The notes beneath the pieces were generated by a model that worked only from the letters and a program-made list of their open reading frames with translations, was not told where the DNA came from and did no database searches. A stretch of DNA of 52,683 bases, counting the filler, from Squatina squatina (lineage: Eukaryota): NCBI GenBank assembly GCA_031763465.1. It is 3 parts of 2 records of this genome, joined end to end, with 100 filler letters (N's around TTAATTAATTAA, not from the genome) between each part and the next. Parts side by side here need not be neighbours in the genome. Positions count along the whole stretch, not along the records: positions 38,332 to 52,683 come from JARFOE010000192.1; 2 more parts are not named here. One strand, 5' to 3'. Position numbers and translations under genes: made by a program. Of this stretch, positions 49,941-52,683 are shown piece after piece. Positions within the stretch are counted from its first letter, which is position 1, and every line of letters starts with the position of its first letter.

Positions 49941-51029
49941 CCAGCTACTCTAAATGTCAATCTCATCCATTTACATTTAAAGTTAGGTGCTGGTCTGCTG
50001 GGTTCAGCAATGAAAAAATGAATAATGATTATTTCACTGAAACGTACTCCCTTAATCCAAGGAAACAATTGTAGACCCACATTTTTGTATGTTTACAACA
50101 TTGGTTCCCTAAATGAGGGCATTTTTATATTATGGAACGGAATTGCTGAAGTAGGACCTGGGTGTTGCCTGTCTGCTGCATTCCTATATTATAAAAGCAA
50201 CTTCAATTTCAGAGCAAACAAGAGAGAATAAGCTGATTGTTGTGAGTGAGGTGCGATTGTTCAATTTGCCTTACTTTAATGTGTCTTCGATTTAATTTAG
50301 CAAGCAATTGAGGATTAAGATACAATATTGAGATGGAGTTCCTGGAGCATTACTCTGAATCTAATGACTCATTATGGTATAGAACCACTTTTAAATGCAG
50401 CTCTGCACATTAGCAGTTTCATTCTCCCAATTAAATCATCCCATTCTCCCAGTTAAATCGTCCCATTTATACTGTAGTTTGACTTCACCAGCATAAGGAA
50501 TAAGCCAGTGGTCTGAGCCAGCTTCTGCCAGTCTAACACTGGCTCTTGGTCTGCTATCCAGAATGCAGTTGAAGTGAATTTAGAGTACTGATCAGCTTTG
50601 AGACATTTCTGGCAGATTAAGACTTGTCCAGCAAAAATGCATAGACTAACCACAGTTTCAAGCAACCTTCCAGAATTTAGATTTATTTTACTGGACTAAC
50701 TTGTGAATACACGTTAAGTACATAGCACGCCAAAAAATGTATTAACTTAGTTATGGAGTGCTCAGATATTTTTGACCGTGATCCTCCGCAACCAGTTTTA
50801 GGTATTATAAAAACAAACTCTGGAGAAATCTTTGTGCATGAAATATCCTGAGTGATTTTCAATCTGTTGGTAATTTGGAAGTCGACCTACTGCATATGGA
50901 AAATATAACACTAGGTATAAGGTCTCATCAGGTCAGTGTTGCTGGTGCTATTTTTTTTTTAGTCTTGGATTTAAAATAACAATAATAGTTCTGTTCTGGT
51001 GTATCAACCAACTGTGACTTAATTTCAGC

Positions 51030-51600
51030 AACAAGCCTCCTATTAAACAACTTTTGAACGTCCTTATACACAATATCCACTGTATTTCCTTTATAAATTC
51101 ACTGCTATTTCATCAAATTACTCTAATGTTTGTCAGACATGACTGGTCTTTATAAATTTATGCTGGTTGTCCTTAAATGGGCAGCAATTTTATCCTGTAT
51201 TATGGTCTCTGGAAGCTTATCCACTGGGTTGATTGTTGCCTGTTTATCTCTTTCTCCCTTTTGACTAGAGTTCTAAAATTGGCAACTCTTCAGTTCACTT
51301 GAACAACTTCCAGTTCCAAGGATGTATGAAAGATTGTTGTCAAAACCTTGTTCTACTTTGACTTCCCTCAACATTTTGTGCTATATGCCATCAGGGCCTG
51401 CTGCCTTTTCCACTTTGAGTTTTGCCAATGTTTTTCAGCACTGTTTCCTTATCTATAGTTATGTCTATTGCTTCACTATTACCATTCCGATTACCACCTT
51501 CTGTGTAAACTGAAGCATGTACTTGTTTGGTATCTCTGCCATTCCTTCATTCTCCATAAGATTTCCTTTCTTGCCTCTAATCTGACCTATCCTTAATTTA
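51030..51600 (-). mobile_element. Highly decayed CR1 LINE fragment
   Basis: catcaaattactctaatgtttgtcagacatga (SCLTN.. motif on the - strand) and ccatcagggcctg (GPDG motif). Confidence 0.55.
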
Positions 51601-52683
51601 ACTTTATTTTACTTTCACGTGTTTTTAAAATGTTTTACTATTGCTGTTTTTTAAACTTTAGTCTGTCTTCATATCCTCTCTTGGCTTTCCTAATTCCTTC
51701 TGTTTTACCAATCATTTTCTGTAGCTGCTTTAATTTTTTTTGAGTACGGCTGTGGAGTCCCAAGCTGTGTGCCTTGTTGGCAATGATTGATTACCCAATA
51801 TCTAATTAAACCTGATCCAATCACTTATTATGCAGAGTGGAACAAACAAACTGAAGTCGACTGTCAGACCCGTGATTGATGATACTGCCAATCCAGCTTT
51901 TGTTGCGTCTAATGTCCTGACGCTTGTTACAACCAGCCAAAGCTGCGCTGGACAAAGNNNNNNNNNNNNNNNNNNNNNNNNNNNNNNNNNNNNNNNNNNN
52001 NNNNNNNNNNNNNNNNNNNNNNNNNNNNNNNNNNNNNNNNNNNNNNNNNNNNNNNNNTAATGTCTTGATGCTTGTTACAACCAGCAAAGCTGTATTGGAC
52101 AAAGCATTCTGTCAGTCACCACATGATACTCCATTGCAAACAGAACAAATTTTTGGTAAACGAAAATTATTATTTGGGACAGAAGAGGTTTTGTTTGGGT
52201 TGTTCTCTGCAATCAGATCAGAGACCTAGGGTGCATGGCTCTTAGTGATGCCAATATGGTAATATACCTTTGATTCAATGGTAGTTATGACAATAAGCAA
52301 AACTTATCAGACCAGTGATTTATTTTATTGTCCACTACAACATGGTTTTTAATATTATGGCAAAAAAATGTTCACCATTTAATTTAAATAAGTTGCCATG
52401 TAAGTAGGAAAGGAGGGATTGAGCAGCAATCATTTAAATAGAAAGATACCCTAACAAATTAAACTTCTTTTGACGCAGAATACACACAAATACGCAAAGC
52501 TTGGAAAAGCACAATATATCTTGAAATATTTTTCTAGAAAGATGCAGTTGTTATTTTTTTCATGTTAGAGGATAATTTTAAAGGTGCCTCACTCATAATT
52601 CAGAAAAGACAATAAGTGGGAACAGCACTGTATTAAAGCAGCATGCTATGTGAGTATTCTCATTTTAGACAAATCATAGCTTG

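Noticed and set aside
38332-52683. Search for TMEFF1 exon 2 onward (follistatin/Kazal domain, C...CKYGG.C)
   Set aside because: No matching exon seen; it is in a gap or beyond the window.

Overview
Vertebrate genomic DNA from a fragmented draft assembly. The repeat content (CR1, L2, RTE, Penelope, Deu-SINEs, Harbinger elements) and a GPR139-like GPCR point to a cartilaginous fish, probably a shark (inference). Two host genes lie head-to-head. On the - strand are four exons (1897-3707) of a divergent V-ATPase V0 116-kDa subunit a gene, closest to ATP6V0A1; its first coding exon runs directly into a CR1 LINE fragment and has lost its start. On the + strand is the signal-peptide exon of tomoregulin-1 (TMEFF1, 15549-15738) in a CpG-rich promoter region; no later TMEFF1 exon was recognised. 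A gap-free 17.9-kb block (20303-38231) is bracketed by artificial 44N-TTAATTAATTAA-44N linkers and probably comes from elsewhere in the genome. It holds RTE, Penelope and CR1 relics, two LTR-retroelement 5' ends sharing a tRNA-Arg-like primer-binding site, and a two-exon GPR139/142-like GPCR pseudogene. The rest is intronic or intergenic DNA rich in decayed transposons, with many 100-N gaps of unknown size. The best lead is a possible extra, perhaps decaying, ATP6V0A1 ohnologue beside TMEFF1. Homology calls come from recalled protein motifs, not database searches.
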